The notes below the pieces were generated by a model, which searched no databases, was not told the origin of the DNA, and saw nothing but the letters and a program-made list of their open reading frames with translations. Position numbers and translations under genes: made by a program. From sequence record KY499642.1: a DNA stretch of 64,000 nucleotides. The stretch is one strand, 5' to 3'. Below, piece by piece: positions 28,041-37,424 of the stretch; position 1 is the stretch's first letter; each line of letters opens with the position of its first letter.

Positions 28041-28262
28041 ATGGAACTTACAACTCGTCTAGAACAAATCGTTGAAGCAATGGTTGAAGCAGCAGAACAA
28101 TCAATCATCCATCCTGAGATGGTGAACGAAATCAGACAGCTTCGAGTCAACGGTTTCAATACTCGTGACCTATTCGGAATCCGTGCACACGAATTCGTAA
28201 ATAACAACTTTGAATCATTACCGCTAGAACAGCGTGTTAACTGGTTCAATAGTTTAGCCTAA
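28041..28262 (+). CDS. Small hypothetical (probably early) protein
   Basis: 73 aa; alone between class A motif and terminator; GGGAG SD. Confidence 0.75.
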   Translation: MELTTRLEQIVEAMVEAAEQSIIHPEMVNEIRQLRVNGFNTRDLFGIRAHEFVNNNFESLPLEQRVNWFNSLA

Positions 28263-28288
28263 CCACTGCTGGCGTTGCTACGCCTTTT

Positions 28289-28317
28289 GAGGAATCTTCG
28301 GATTCCTCTTTTTTTTT
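28289..28317 (+). terminator. Intrinsic terminator
   Basis: GAGGAATC-TTCG-GATTCCTC-T9. Confidence 0.9.
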
Positions 28318-28529
28318 GTCACTGTATTATTTTTTTTGCCATAAACTGATCTTATTATATGCTGAAGTAAGTCGGCGACGATTTTAGATTTTAACTCTAA
28401 AAAAGTTTTTTCGGAGGGAGAAGCCTTGAAAATCAAGGTTCTTCTAAATTAATCGAACAGTACCTCAAACTGTTCATATGTAGAAACGTCTACATCAACC
28501 CTGAACTTTAACACAAAAGGATACTTATC

Positions 28530-29111
28530 ATGGCATATGTTCTTGACATGACTAAGGCGCACAAACAAAGCTTCATCGAGCTGGTGAACTCTGATAACGC
28601 CGCAACTATTCAAACGCCTCTTACTCTGGCTGCTGTTCTTATCAAGAACGAACGCGTTGTAGATAAAGTTGGCGAAGGTATCGACCGTGGTTTCGCGGTT
28701 ACACTTGAAAACGCAGCTTACGCACCTGACACTGTAGAAGTGTTCTGGAACAAAGTTGAACTAGCTGACGTGATGGAGATGATCATCTCTGACACTGGTG
28801 CTAACGACTTCGACTGGTACACACCAGACAACTGGGACGACGCTACGTCTCCAGCTCAAGCAATCGCTGCATTCCAAGCTGCTGCTACTCGTGCTGGCAT
28901 CGACCCTGCTGCAACAATGGAAAACATTGGTGTATCTCGTCGCTTCGACAACACTGAAAACCGTTACTTCCTTGACTTCACTCTAACGTCAATGGTATTC
29001 GACGGTACAGTAACCTTCCGTATGCCACGTCACTTCTCTGAAGAAGTAACAGTGACTAAACTGAACGGTTTCGTCTACAGCCCAATCCAAGCGGCTGACG
29101 TAGTTTACTAA
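28530..29111 (+). CDS. Virion fibre/baseplate family protein (N-domain only)
   Basis: 193 aa; highly expressed codon bias; VFWNKVEL, VTKLNGF. Confidence 0.6.
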   Translation: MAYVLDMTKAHKQSFIELVNSDNAATIQTPLTLAAVLIKNERVVDKVGEGIDRGFAVTLENAAYAPDTVEVFWNKVELADVMEMIISDTGANDFDWYTPDNWDDATSPAQAIAAFQAAATRAGIDPAATMENIGVSRRFDNTENRYFLDFTLTSMVFDGTVTFRMPRHFSEEVTVTKLNGFVYSPIQAADVVY

Positions 29112-29199
29112 TCACTGATTGGTAAAGCTTCCATATAGGGTGGCAACTGCTGCCCTATAAACCTTGAATTCAAAGAACTCCGAAATAAGGATAAACATC

Positions 29200-29724
29200 A
29201 TGGCATATGTTACTGACATGACTAAACGCCCAGTAGAAATGCTTCTGGGTCTTATCAACGCCGACAACAACCTGGGTCTGGTTGAAGCGGATGTTGAAAT
29301 TCTGGCACCACAAACGCAAGCAGCGGATGTTGATGGCCGTAACACAAACGTTCAAATCGACCTTGAAGTTCTTCCATCTGAAGTTCAAGACGACTTCGTA
29401 ACGTTCGAATACGAGCGTATCGACCTGGCTACTCTGTTTGGCGCAATCGCTCCAGAATTCCGCGAAGTTGACGTTCCTCTGAACGAAAACGGCGTTCCAG
29501 CTGTAGCGGCAGACTTCTACGCGGAAATCCTGCGTAAGTTTGGCGTAGCAATGAACGAAACTGATTTCAGCTACGCTCTGAAATCTGCTGGTGTTATCAC
29601 GATTACTGCTGCGGCAGGTAACCTTGCATACATCGGTTCATTCGACATCGCAGTACAAAGCTCTCTTGAGACTCGTGTTGCTACGACTGTACTTAACGGC
29701 TTCACTGCTCCAGCAGCGGCATAA
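29200..29724 (+). CDS. Virion fibre/baseplate family protein, paralogue of 28530
   Basis: Starts MAYVTDMTK vs MAYVLDMTK; YERIDL, LAYIGS, TTVLNGF. Confidence 0.65.
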   Translation: MAYVTDMTKRPVEMLLGLINADNNLGLVEADVEILAPQTQAADVDGRNTNVQIDLEVLPSEVQDDFVTFEYERIDLATLFGAIAPEFREVDVPLNENGVPAVAADFYAEILRKFGVAMNETDFSYALKSAGVITITAAAGNLAYIGSFDIAVQSSLETRVATTVLNGFTAPAAA

Positions 29725-29746
29725 GACGTTAACCCGTCGTCAAAGT

Positions 29747-29782
29747 GAGGAGGTGGCTTCGGCCATCTCCTTATCTTTTTTT
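29747..29782 (+). terminator. Intrinsic terminator
   Basis: GAGGAGGTGGC-TTCG-GCCATCTCCTT plus T7. Confidence 0.85.
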
Positions 29783-29859
29783 GTCTCGATAGAAAATGGT
29801 TAATATTTACGCACAGTGTATTAGATATGTAGGATATAAAACAAACAAAGGAGCCTTAC

Positions 29860-30672
29860 GTGTCGTTAGGAATCACTAGCCTGCATAAAGATGTTATCCC
29901 TGCATTAAGGGAGCAAATGCCTCAGCACTTCTATTTGGAGTGCCCGTCTAATAGCAACGTCCTTATACTTTGGCCTAAGAATCATCGCGCTATGGATGTC
30001 TACGAGTTAGATATCGATAACGCCAACCGTACAATTCTACGTGAGCCAAAGATGCTCACTAAACTACTTCGACGCGCTAGTCGTAAAGCGGAACAGAAAG
30101 CCGTTCATGTTGCGTTTAAAGACTACCGTGTTGTAGACTCATCTCACATTAACAAGTTGCACTCGTTGTTAGAAGCAACGTATTGTCAATCAGAGGTGAG
30201 TGACGTCTTAGGGGATAAGGCACCAATCATTCATGGTACATTGGCGTTGCCAAGTAACTTTGTATTGGCGCACGACTTCAATAAGACAGTAAGAGCTGGT
30301 ACGTTCGATCCTGAATTAGGGATGAAGTACCTTAAAGATAAAATGGAAGTTGAAGCAGACACAAAACTGTGGGAACTGGAGGGTTATCGCTTATATCGTT
30401 CCTTAATGACAATAGATGGTTTCCATAACACGTATGGTAAGTTTATGGTTAACGTCGGCGGGCAATACTTAGACCCTGCGGTCTTGATTGCAAACTGCGC
30501 TACTGTCTGGACAGGTTCGCTTACTGAAACGGTTTACTTGGAGATTGAAGAAGATAGACACCGTGATATCATCTCAACTTCGGAAGGGAAAGTACAATCG
30601 TGCTTGGTAGGTATTCCACGTGAATACTATGAGCGATTACTCACCATTATAAACACGTATATTGAATTCTAA
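29860..30672 (+). CDS. Hypothetical protein
   Basis: 270 aa, GTG start, AAGGAG SD. Confidence 0.7.
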   Translation: MSLGITSLHKDVIPALREQMPQHFYLECPSNSNVLILWPKNHRAMDVYELDIDNANRTILREPKMLTKLLRRASRKAEQKAVHVAFKDYRVVDSSHINKLHSLLEATYCQSEVSDVLGDKAPIIHGTLALPSNFVLAHDFNKTVRAGTFDPELGMKYLKDKMEVEADTKLWELEGYRLYRSLMTIDGFHNTYGKFMVNVGGQYLDPAVLIANCATVWTGSLTETVYLEIEEDRHRDIISTSEGKVQSCLVGIPREYYERLLTIINTYIEF

Positions 30673-30779
30673 TTCAAAGCGTGTACCCATATGCGATGGC
30701 TCCTGACGTTGTTAGGAGGAAAGGGAGCCAAACAAAACTCTTTATTAGTCAGAAAAATAATAAGGCTAGAGTCAACCCA

Positions 30780-30804
30780 ATAATAAATATATATCATCTA
30801 TGTG
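30780..30804 (+). promoter_or_regulatory. Class A promoter-like motif (variant)
   Basis: AATAATA-AATATATATCAT-CTA-TGTG. Confidence 0.55.
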
Positions 30805-30917
30805 AACTATGCATGATGAACATTTGGGTGTGCTATATGACTGTATCTATGAAAAGGTTGTTGGATACTTGACTTTAAAGATACTTACCCTCGCGTAGCG
30901 GGGTGAGGAGAAAGCAT

Positions 30918-32237
30918 ATGTTAGTTATAAACGAAGGTAATTTAAACATTTTTGGTAACGGTATCACGGTACGTCAAGTAGTAGAGCGTTATGAAACAAC
31001 GCTAATCGACCTACCTAAAGATACTATTAAAAGCTTGTTGCGTAATGGGGAATTGACACGTGAGTTCATGCTGAGAAGTTGGATTCATGCAAACCCTGAA
31101 GATGTAGAACAAATGGGCATTGACTTAATGCCTAGAAATGAGCTGTGGGCTATCACTAAGAACCCTAAGCTTGCACGCTTAGCGCTGAAGCATCGTGAGG
31201 TAGTAGAAGCTCTAGGCTCACACACCCTAGGTCGAGCATTCGACCATATCACTCTACCGGAGGCTGATGAGTACGATGTCCAATTGCATGAAGTGATTGG
31301 TAACCCAACGGTTTCAGTAGAAGTTAAACGTTCATTGATACAAAAAGCTTTCCAGTCCGGTGAACTGCCCGTGAAAGACGTTGATGCATTACGCAAGTAC
31401 GTCCACGCAGACATCACCATTGAGCTTGTACGCCAGCTGGAGCAAATCAACTACCCGGAACGTCTCATTGACCCGTCAATGTTAGAACGTCCAGCAATGC
31501 GTCGCTACAACGATTTAAGTAGTCGATTAATGTTGGTTCTGTGTGGCTGCTTTGATGAAGAGTTAGTAGAATGTATGTTGGAAACAGACTTGGCTCAGTT
31601 GTCAGCTGTGGAATACTGCGTATGGTTTAAAGGGCCAACTACTAAAGCTCAAACCGAAGCACTGCTACACAAGCATGGTGAGAATCCTGCTGCGGTGAAA
31701 TATCTGGCGGCCAAGGGTCACTTTGACGATAACACACTAACGGAGATGGTTAAGCGTATCAACAAGTACGGAGATGGGTCAGACATGGTTTCTCTATATG
31801 AGAACAACCACCTGTCTAACGGTCAGCAAAAGACTATTCATAAACAGGTAACACCTTGCGTGCCATTAGGTTCGGTTCGTCGTAGACTATTCGACAGTTA
31901 CATCATCAATGCTACTAAAGCAGAGTTAGATGACTTCTGTCAGACATGGTATCACGATCCTGCTATGATGTTTATGATTACGTCACCTCGCGCGTTCAAG
32001 CGTGCAGGTCTGCATTGCATCAGCCGTATCGACCCAGATGGTGTAACCGCATTTGACATCATCACTAAATGTAGTGGAGAAGAATTCACCGAGCACGAAG
32101 CTGGCATTTTAATGTCGCAGGTTCTAGCCTCACACGACGATGACTTAGTTACTCGTTTCGTATTGATGGTTGGTATTCCTACGAAGATTAAACATGACCT
32201 AGTAAGATGCATCGGAGATTCTCGCCGTGCAGCATAG
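30918..32237 (+). CDS. Hypothetical alpha-helical protein
   Basis: About 439 aa; GAGGAG SD before ATG 30918; Leu-rich helical pattern. Confidence 0.7.
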   Translation: MLVINEGNLNIFGNGITVRQVVERYETTLIDLPKDTIKSLLRNGELTREFMLRSWIHANPEDVEQMGIDLMPRNELWAITKNPKLARLALKHREVVEALGSHTLGRAFDHITLPEADEYDVQLHEVIGNPTVSVEVKRSLIQKAFQSGELPVKDVDALRKYVHADITIELVRQLEQINYPERLIDPSMLERPAMRRYNDLSSRLMLVLCGCFDEELVECMLETDLAQLSAVEYCVWFKGPTTKAQTEALLHKHGENPAAVKYLAAKGHFDDNTLTEMVKRINKYGDGSDMVSLYENNHLSNGQQKTIHKQVTPCVPLGSVRRRLFDSYIINATKAELDDFCQTWYHDPAMMFMITSPRAFKRAGLHCISRIDPDGVTAFDIITKCSGEEFTEHEAGILMSQVLASHDDDLVTRFVLMVGIPTKIKHDLVRCIGDSRRAA

Positions 32238-32256
32238 AAATATTGCAACAGGATAA

Positions 32257-32295
32257 TGAGGGTAGCATGGGCTGCCCTCAGTCCTATTTTTTTTT
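32257..32295 (+). terminator. Intrinsic terminator
   Basis: TGAGGGTAGC-ATGG-GCTGCCCTCA plus T9. Confidence 0.8.
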
Positions 32296-32317
32296 GTCTC
32301 GGCGTAAAGTTCTAGTG

Positions 32318-32348
32318 AAAATTATTTCAGATATATATCATTTTAGTG
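32318..32348 (+). promoter_or_regulatory. Class A promoter-like motif
   Basis: AAAATTATTTC-AGATATATATCAT-TTT-AGTG. Confidence 0.75.
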
Positions 32349-32412
32349 AAGAAAACGAGATAAACTTATTCTTCAATACTTAAACGTAATACTTTTACTT
32401 AGGAGATAACCC

Positions 32413-32943
32413 ATGACTAATTACGTATCAACTCTAAACCAACTAATCAACGAACTAACTGAAGACGGTATCGAAGGTATCAAGTACGATTTACAAGGTG
32501 CTATGAACGACGAGAAGAAAGCAGCACTGTTGGTTAAGTTGGCTGAAGCAATCGATGCTCAGAACGACCTAGTTCAGAATGCACAGCAAGAACTAAACGA
32601 TGAAGTAATCGTTCAGCTTGGTAACGAATCTGATACCGATGGCGCTACACTAGCAAAAGGTGAGATCATCAAAATCACACTGAACATTCTCGACAAACCG
32701 CTGTACTACATCGCAACGCCAAAAGGTATTGCAGTCGCAGAGAAGTGTCGCGGTAAACTGAATATCTTCTACAGCACGCACTGCATGCCAGTAAGCTACG
32801 CAGAGTGGATTGAGCGCAACTGGAACATCAATGTAGAAGACCACCTTGAAACAATCGAGCGTGGTGAAGTCCTTGCAGATAACGTTAAGTCATCTGACGT
32901 AATGCGCAAGGCAATTAAGGAGGCTGTAAGTCTCCAAGACTAA
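32413..32943 (+). CDS. Hypothetical (probably early) protein
   Basis: 176 aa, AGGAGATAA SD. Confidence 0.75.
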   Translation: MTNYVSTLNQLINELTEDGIEGIKYDLQGAMNDEKKAALLVKLAEAIDAQNDLVQNAQQELNDEVIVQLGNESDTDGATLAKGEIIKITLNILDKPLYYIATPKGIAVAEKCRGKLNIFYSTHCMPVSYAEWIERNWNINVEDHLETIERGEVLADNVKSSDVMRKAIKEAVSLQD

Positions 32944-32990
32944 AACTATAAATAAGGGGCGGGCATAGACCTGCCCCTGAGGAGACTTAT

Positions 32991-33227
32991 ATGAACAACG
33001 TACAAACAGTGGCTAAAACTAACGTCATCAAAATCATCAAAGAAGCAAAATACCGTTACGAAAACGATGAGCTAGGCATGGTAGTGTTCTTGGAAGAACG
33101 CGCACGTGAATACGTGAATCGTGCAAATGCATTCACCGATGCATTAATCAAAAAGCTAAACCTACTAATCGCACGTGAACTAGTTCGTGTACGCGAACGT
33201 CTACTTGAAACAACTCTAGGCTTATAA
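32991..33227 (+). CDS. Hypothetical protein
   Basis: 78 aa, GAGGAG SD. Confidence 0.75.
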   Translation: MNNVQTVAKTNVIKIIKEAKYRYENDELGMVVFLEERAREYVNRANAFTDALIKKLNLLIARELVRVRERLLETTLGL

Positions 33228-33237
33228 GGAGATTACC

Positions 33238-33867
33238 ATGAGCATGCCAATTACAAAAGAAACAATCGAAAACATGTACTACAAGTGGTGGTTGGAAATC
33301 TGTAAATCAGTATCACCAGAACAACGTAACCGCATCCGTTGCGCCGTATCAATCATTGAAGCCTACCGTTCAGACTTCATGTACAACCTAATGAATGGCA
33401 TCCATCGTCACGATGTTGTTAAAGAAGGTTACAATGCAAAGGAATGGGAATTCCGCATGAAAGCAAGCTTAGAGCGTGCTATGGCTAACGACAAGAAACG
33501 CGTAGCCGCATTAGCTGCACGTTGCCCTAACCTACTAATCAGTATCGCAGGTGTCATCAATGGCGTACGTCGCGCTACAGATATCCGCAATGCATTCAGC
33601 ACAATCCTACTATTGGATGTGGTTGACAATACAACAATTGGTATGCTTGACAAAGTAGAACTTGAAAACGTTCGCTTCATCCAACAAAGCAAATCAATCT
33701 ACCTACCTCTACGTGAGCCTGAAGTATATTCAGTCATTAAAGAAGTAGAGAAGTTGTTAGCAACAAACAAAGTTCTTAGCGAACGTATTGATAGAGAATA
33801 CGAAAAGCGCCAAAAGTTATTATCCTCAGTACTTGGTATTCAAGTCGAAGTTGAGGAAGCAGCTTAA
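33238..33867 (+). CDS. Hypothetical protein
   Basis: 209 aa, AAGGAG SD. Confidence 0.75.
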   Translation: MSMPITKETIENMYYKWWLEICKSVSPEQRNRIRCAVSIIEAYRSDFMYNLMNGIHRHDVVKEGYNAKEWEFRMKASLERAMANDKKRVAALAARCPNLLISIAGVINGVRRATDIRNAFSTILLLDVVDNTTIGMLDKVELENVRFIQQSKSIYLPLREPEVYSVIKEVEKLLATNKVLSERIDREYEKRQKLLSSVLGIQVEVEEAA

Positions 33868-33898
33868 TGTTAAGATGTATTGCAGTAGTACCCTAATG

Positions 33899-33929
33899 AA
33901 AGAAGCCCGTAGTAAGGCTTCTTTTTTTT
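33899..33929 (+). terminator. Intrinsic terminator
   Basis: AGAAGCC-CGTAGTAA-GGCTTCT plus T run. Confidence 0.75.
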
Positions 33930-33980
33930 GTCTTTATTTTTCACGGAGTTAGAAATGGTCTGTACAGAAAGGTATGTGGG

Positions 33981-34649
33981 GTGGATATGATAGGTGATGT
34001 AGAATTTAGTTTCGCATTAGTGGGTTCAAGAGAAGCCTCTGTATTCGATTGTGAAGCGTTAGAAGAAGCAGCGGTAGAGTTAATGATGTTAGGTGCGAAA
34101 GGAGCATCTGGTGGCGCTCCGGGGCCAGACACTGCATTAACGAATGCTATTCTTAGAATGATGACAGACACAGGAATGGAAGGGTGGAACTTCGGCTCTA
34201 TTCATCTCCCGTGGGATGGATTCAATGACTTGCGTCGTGGGGATATTGGTGGGGCTTGCATCATTAATGATGAGTCCTACATTCGTAAGCTTGCAGAAAC
34301 CATAGGACGTATTGCCCGTGGTGGGTACTTCGGTTTAGGTCGAGGTGGGTGTAGTTTACATTCTCGTAACCCGTATCAAGTATTGGGGTATAACTTAGTT
34401 ACGCCAGTCAATGTGGTGATCACCTCGGCACCGTTCAATAACAGAGGTAAGGTAACTGGTGGGACAGGTACAGCGTGTGCGATAGCTACGGCAATGGAAA
34501 TCCCTGTAATTAACTTACAGAAGCCGCATGGGTTTGAGCAATTAGAATCGCTACTGGAAGGGTTGAAGAATCCGCCTGCTGGATGGAAAGGGAAGATTCG
34601 CATTACACGCGATGAACCTACAAAAGTACAATTAATTGGAGAAGAATAA
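33981..34649 (+). CDS. DprA-like SLOG-superfamily nucleotide-binding protein
   Basis: ALVGSRE, SGGAPGPD, IHLPWDGFN, LHSRNPYQVLG, GGTGTA...IPVINL match the phage DprA/SLOG family. Confidence 0.85.
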   Translation: MDMIGDVEFSFALVGSREASVFDCEALEEAAVELMMLGAKGASGGAPGPDTALTNAILRMMTDTGMEGWNFGSIHLPWDGFNDLRRGDIGGACIINDESYIRKLAETIGRIARGGYFGLGRGGCSLHSRNPYQVLGYNLVTPVNVVITSAPFNNRGKVTGGTGTACAIATAMEIPVINLQKPHGFEQLESLLEGLKNPPAGWKGKIRITRDEPTKVQLIGEE

Positions 34650-35713
34650 TGGCTGTAGTACAACGTGGGCTGTTTGAAGAGCTAGATAACATCTTTGGTC
34701 AATATCGTGATAAGCGTGTTACTGTGCTTCACTCAGGTGGGTTAGATTCGAATATCATTCTTGCTGGACTTTACTTTGCAGGTGCAGATGTTAATGCGGT
34801 ATCCATCCGCGCTAAAGTATTGGCGTCGTCTACAATCGAAGAGCGTACACGTAAGTTATTTATCGAGCGTTTAAAAGAATCAAAAAAGGGTAGGGGTACC
34901 ATTACCTCAGAAACTGTTACCTTTGATGGTAGACTACAAGGTATCCACCGTAATCGCTTCTCGCAAATGTCTATCTGGTTAAACATGTTGCCGATTGTTT
35001 CTCGTGAAAATGATGATGCAGTTATCATCGGATATGTCATGTCAGACCAAGGTAACTCAATGATTGATTACCTCAAGAAGACATGGCGCACACATGCTCC
35101 ATACCTTAAGTGGACGGCGAAGCTGCCATCGCTAGATTTCCCAGTTACACGTTTCGCTAAATCTGAGCTAATCAAATACTTGCAGCATAAGTGTAAAGAA
35201 ACAGGCTTGGATGAAAACATCGTACACATCCATTGGTTCTGTGAATTACAACAGGGTTCGGTCATGAAACGTTGTGAGACACACTGTGAAAGCTGTAAGC
35301 GCGCTAAGAACGAGAACCTCTTTGACTGGGATGTTGCAACTAATATCGAACGCATCTTTAAAAGCCGTTTACACCTGCTTGAGTTCTTAGAGTTGAATCG
35401 TGACAGTGAATCACTGCGCATGAAGAAGCGCGAGGATGGTAGTGTAGATACATACATTGTCGTAAAGGGTACAACAACAGAACGCTTTGTATACAACACA
35501 CCACGTCGTGAGGTTAACTACTACAAAGACCCTGAAGCGTTATCTATGCCTGAAAAGGCGTCCCCTTACGATCACTTCGAACATGCACGTCCTAATCAGT
35601 TCCCTGACCCAGAACACTTCCCTGAGTATTATTTGAAGTCAGATGAAACTATCAAAGCAGAAGAAGTTGCTGCAATGAAAAAGGAAGAAACTCATGAGCT
35701 CGCAGAATCCTAA
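34649..35713 (+). CDS. QueC-like PP-loop ATPase
   Basis: VLHSGGLDS PP-loop, IGY..SD, FP....K, Zn-site WFCE...CETHCESC; TAATG coupling to SLOG gene. Confidence 0.8.
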   Translation: MAVVQRGLFEELDNIFGQYRDKRVTVLHSGGLDSNIILAGLYFAGADVNAVSIRAKVLASSTIEERTRKLFIERLKESKKGRGTITSETVTFDGRLQGIHRNRFSQMSIWLNMLPIVSRENDDAVIIGYVMSDQGNSMIDYLKKTWRTHAPYLKWTAKLPSLDFPVTRFAKSELIKYLQHKCKETGLDENIVHIHWFCELQQGSVMKRCETHCESCKRAKNENLFDWDVATNIERIFKSRLHLLEFLELNRDSESLRMKKREDGSVDTYIVVKGTTTERFVYNTPRREVNYYKDPEALSMPEKASPYDHFEHARPNQFPDPEHFPEYYLKSDETIKAEEVAAMKKEETHELAES

Positions 35714-36206
35714 ATATGTTGAAGAAGTTGCTATCTTCTCAGAAGAAGGTAAGTTGATAAGTAAGCACGTTAAACCGATTGACGAACAGACACTCAACTT
35801 TCTAAAGCAGATTGCTCCGAACAATATCGGTGTGTGGTCAGGTATCCTCATTGGTCGTCAGAACGTTCAGTTCAACGCAATCAATGATAGACTCCTTACT
35901 ACGTTAGTGTCGGCAGCGGCGGCGGGTAAAGACACTATCCTAGTGATGCCAAGATGTCACGGACGACGAACTATGGAACGTGCTGTTGAGAAAGCTCGCG
36001 GTATCACTATCGGCTACGATGCAGATATGGAAAAGCGTGTCCAGCGTATCCTAAACACGACATTAAGTCTTGACCCAATGCCAGACCCATGTAGTGAATA
36101 CTTTGAAGGTGCAGAGTTTGAAAATCGACACACCTTAAAGGTAGAAGCTAATCGCAAGGTTGGTGGTAAACATGCACAGCCATTTTGGCGTAATGGTCGT
36201 TGGTAA
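35694..36206 (+). CDS. Hypothetical protein
   Basis: 170 aa; ILVMPRCHGRR; C-terminal GKHAQPFWRNGRW. Confidence 0.65.
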   Translation: MSSQNPKYVEEVAIFSEEGKLISKHVKPIDEQTLNFLKQIAPNNIGVWSGILIGRQNVQFNAINDRLLTTLVSAAAAGKDTILVMPRCHGRRTMERAVEKARGITIGYDADMEKRVQRILNTTLSLDPMPDPCSEYFEGAEFENRHTLKVEANRKVGGKHAQPFWRNGRW

Positions 36207-36403
36207 TAAGTATGGGTAAAACCGTAAGTATGGAAGGTCGTAAGGTTGGCACTACTAGAGCTAACATCGGTACGATTGGCGAGGTAGAGATAACTGTGGT
36301 GTCTGTGTCAGACCCAAACGCTACAGTACCTAAGTTCCTTCCTAGAGATAAGAGTAGGCGAGGCAAACATGCTAAGCCTTGGTATAAAAGAGAGAGATGG
36401 TAA
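36200..36403 (+). CDS. Small hypothetical protein
   Basis: 67 aa; C-terminal GKHAKPWYKRERW repeats that of the upstream gene. Confidence 0.6.
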   Translation: MVISMGKTVSMEGRKVGTTRANIGTIGEVEITVVSVSDPNATVPKFLPRDKSRRGKHAKPWYKRERW

Positions 36404-36588
36404 TGAAGGGCACAAATGTCTATACCTTAGAAGCGCTGAAAGAAGCGGAGTTCACGACAGTTAACCGTAACAATAAGTGGGTTCCTGCCCGCCCTATAGG
36501 TTTGGGTGGTTTCTGGCATCGCCTACACATGGCGTGGTTAGCATTGACTGGTCAGTGTGACTTGATTCGTTGGCCTGAAGGTCAGTAA
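36397..36588 (+). CDS. Small conserved phage protein
   Basis: WVPARP.G...RL..AW...TG..D...WP.GQ pattern recalled from other phages. Confidence 0.7.
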   Translation: MVMKGTNVYTLEALKEAEFTTVNRNNKWVPARPIGLGGFWHRLHMAWLALTGQCDLIRWPEGQ

Positions 36589-36615
36589 CACTTCTGACGA
36601 TAATAAGGATAAGTA

Positions 36616-37047
36616 ATGTCAGGTACAGAAATATTTTTATCGATGTTAGTTACACAACTGTTTGTATTCGGTCTTTACCGCATCACCCAGTGGCTTAGTC
36701 GACCTCTAAGTCGGGAAGAATACGAACTGTGGACTTCACCGAGTTTACAACGTCTTTACTACGAGCGATTGAAGAAGCAGTTCAACCGTTTACGTGCCAA
36801 GGTGCCAAGACTAGACTCAATCATTGAGCATGACGAAGAGTACCTAGCGATTGCAGAACTCGCTGCAAGTAAGCGTAGCAATCGTAATTTAGCAATCGGT
36901 AGTCACTACATCAACTGCGACCAACCATTACATCAATGGGTTGTATTGAATGTGGATTTACTGCCAAATGAAATTCTAGCCGATGTGTATCATGAGGCTC
37001 GCGTATTAGACCGTGAGTTTGTTGATCAAATCGTCTACAACGTCTAG
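36616..37047 (+). CDS. Membrane-anchored hypothetical protein
   Basis: 143 aa, hydrophobic N-terminus, AAGGA SD. Confidence 0.7.
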   Translation: MSGTEIFLSMLVTQLFVFGLYRITQWLSRPLSREEYELWTSPSLQRLYYERLKKQFNRLRAKVPRLDSIIEHDEEYLAIAELAASKRSNRNLAIGSHYINCDQPLHQWVVLNVDLLPNEILADVYHEARVLDREFVDQIVYNV

Positions 37048-37055
37048 GGGCTAAT

Positions 37056-37424
37056 ATGACCTTAACTGATATCATTGGTGAAAGACGACGTCACCAACAA
37101 ATCGCTAATGATGCTGAAAAGAAAATCATTCAGCAATCGTTAAAGCTCGGCATACGTAATACAAACATCGACAACGTGTATGATTTACTTTCATACCCAT
37201 GGAAGATGGGCGGTAATAAGGTATTGCTGAATTGGAAAGACGAGGACGAAGTATTTGAAGAGCTCGATATGTGTGTTTCCGAATACACTAACGATGGCCC
37301 TGTCTTTATCTTCAGTGTGTGGGATTGTAACATTAGCGGTAATCAAGGCGAAGATGCAATCGTATTATTGAACGGACGTAATCTAATTGGTGAGTTAAAT
37401 GAGCAATCCCGTATTAAACGCTGA
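37056..37424 (+). CDS. Hypothetical protein
   Basis: 122-aa ORF in operon. Confidence 0.7.
   Translation: MTLTDIIGERRRHQQIANDAEKKIIQQSLKLGIRNTNIDNVYDLLSYPWKMGGNKVLLNWKDEDEVFEELDMCVSEYTNDGPVFIFSVWDCNISGNQGEDAIVLLNGRNLIGELNEQSRIKR

Noticed and set aside
35930-35980. ILVMPRCHGRRT as a terminase Walker A
   Set aside because: Lacks the GKT/S lysine, the protein is only 170 aa and no Walker B follows
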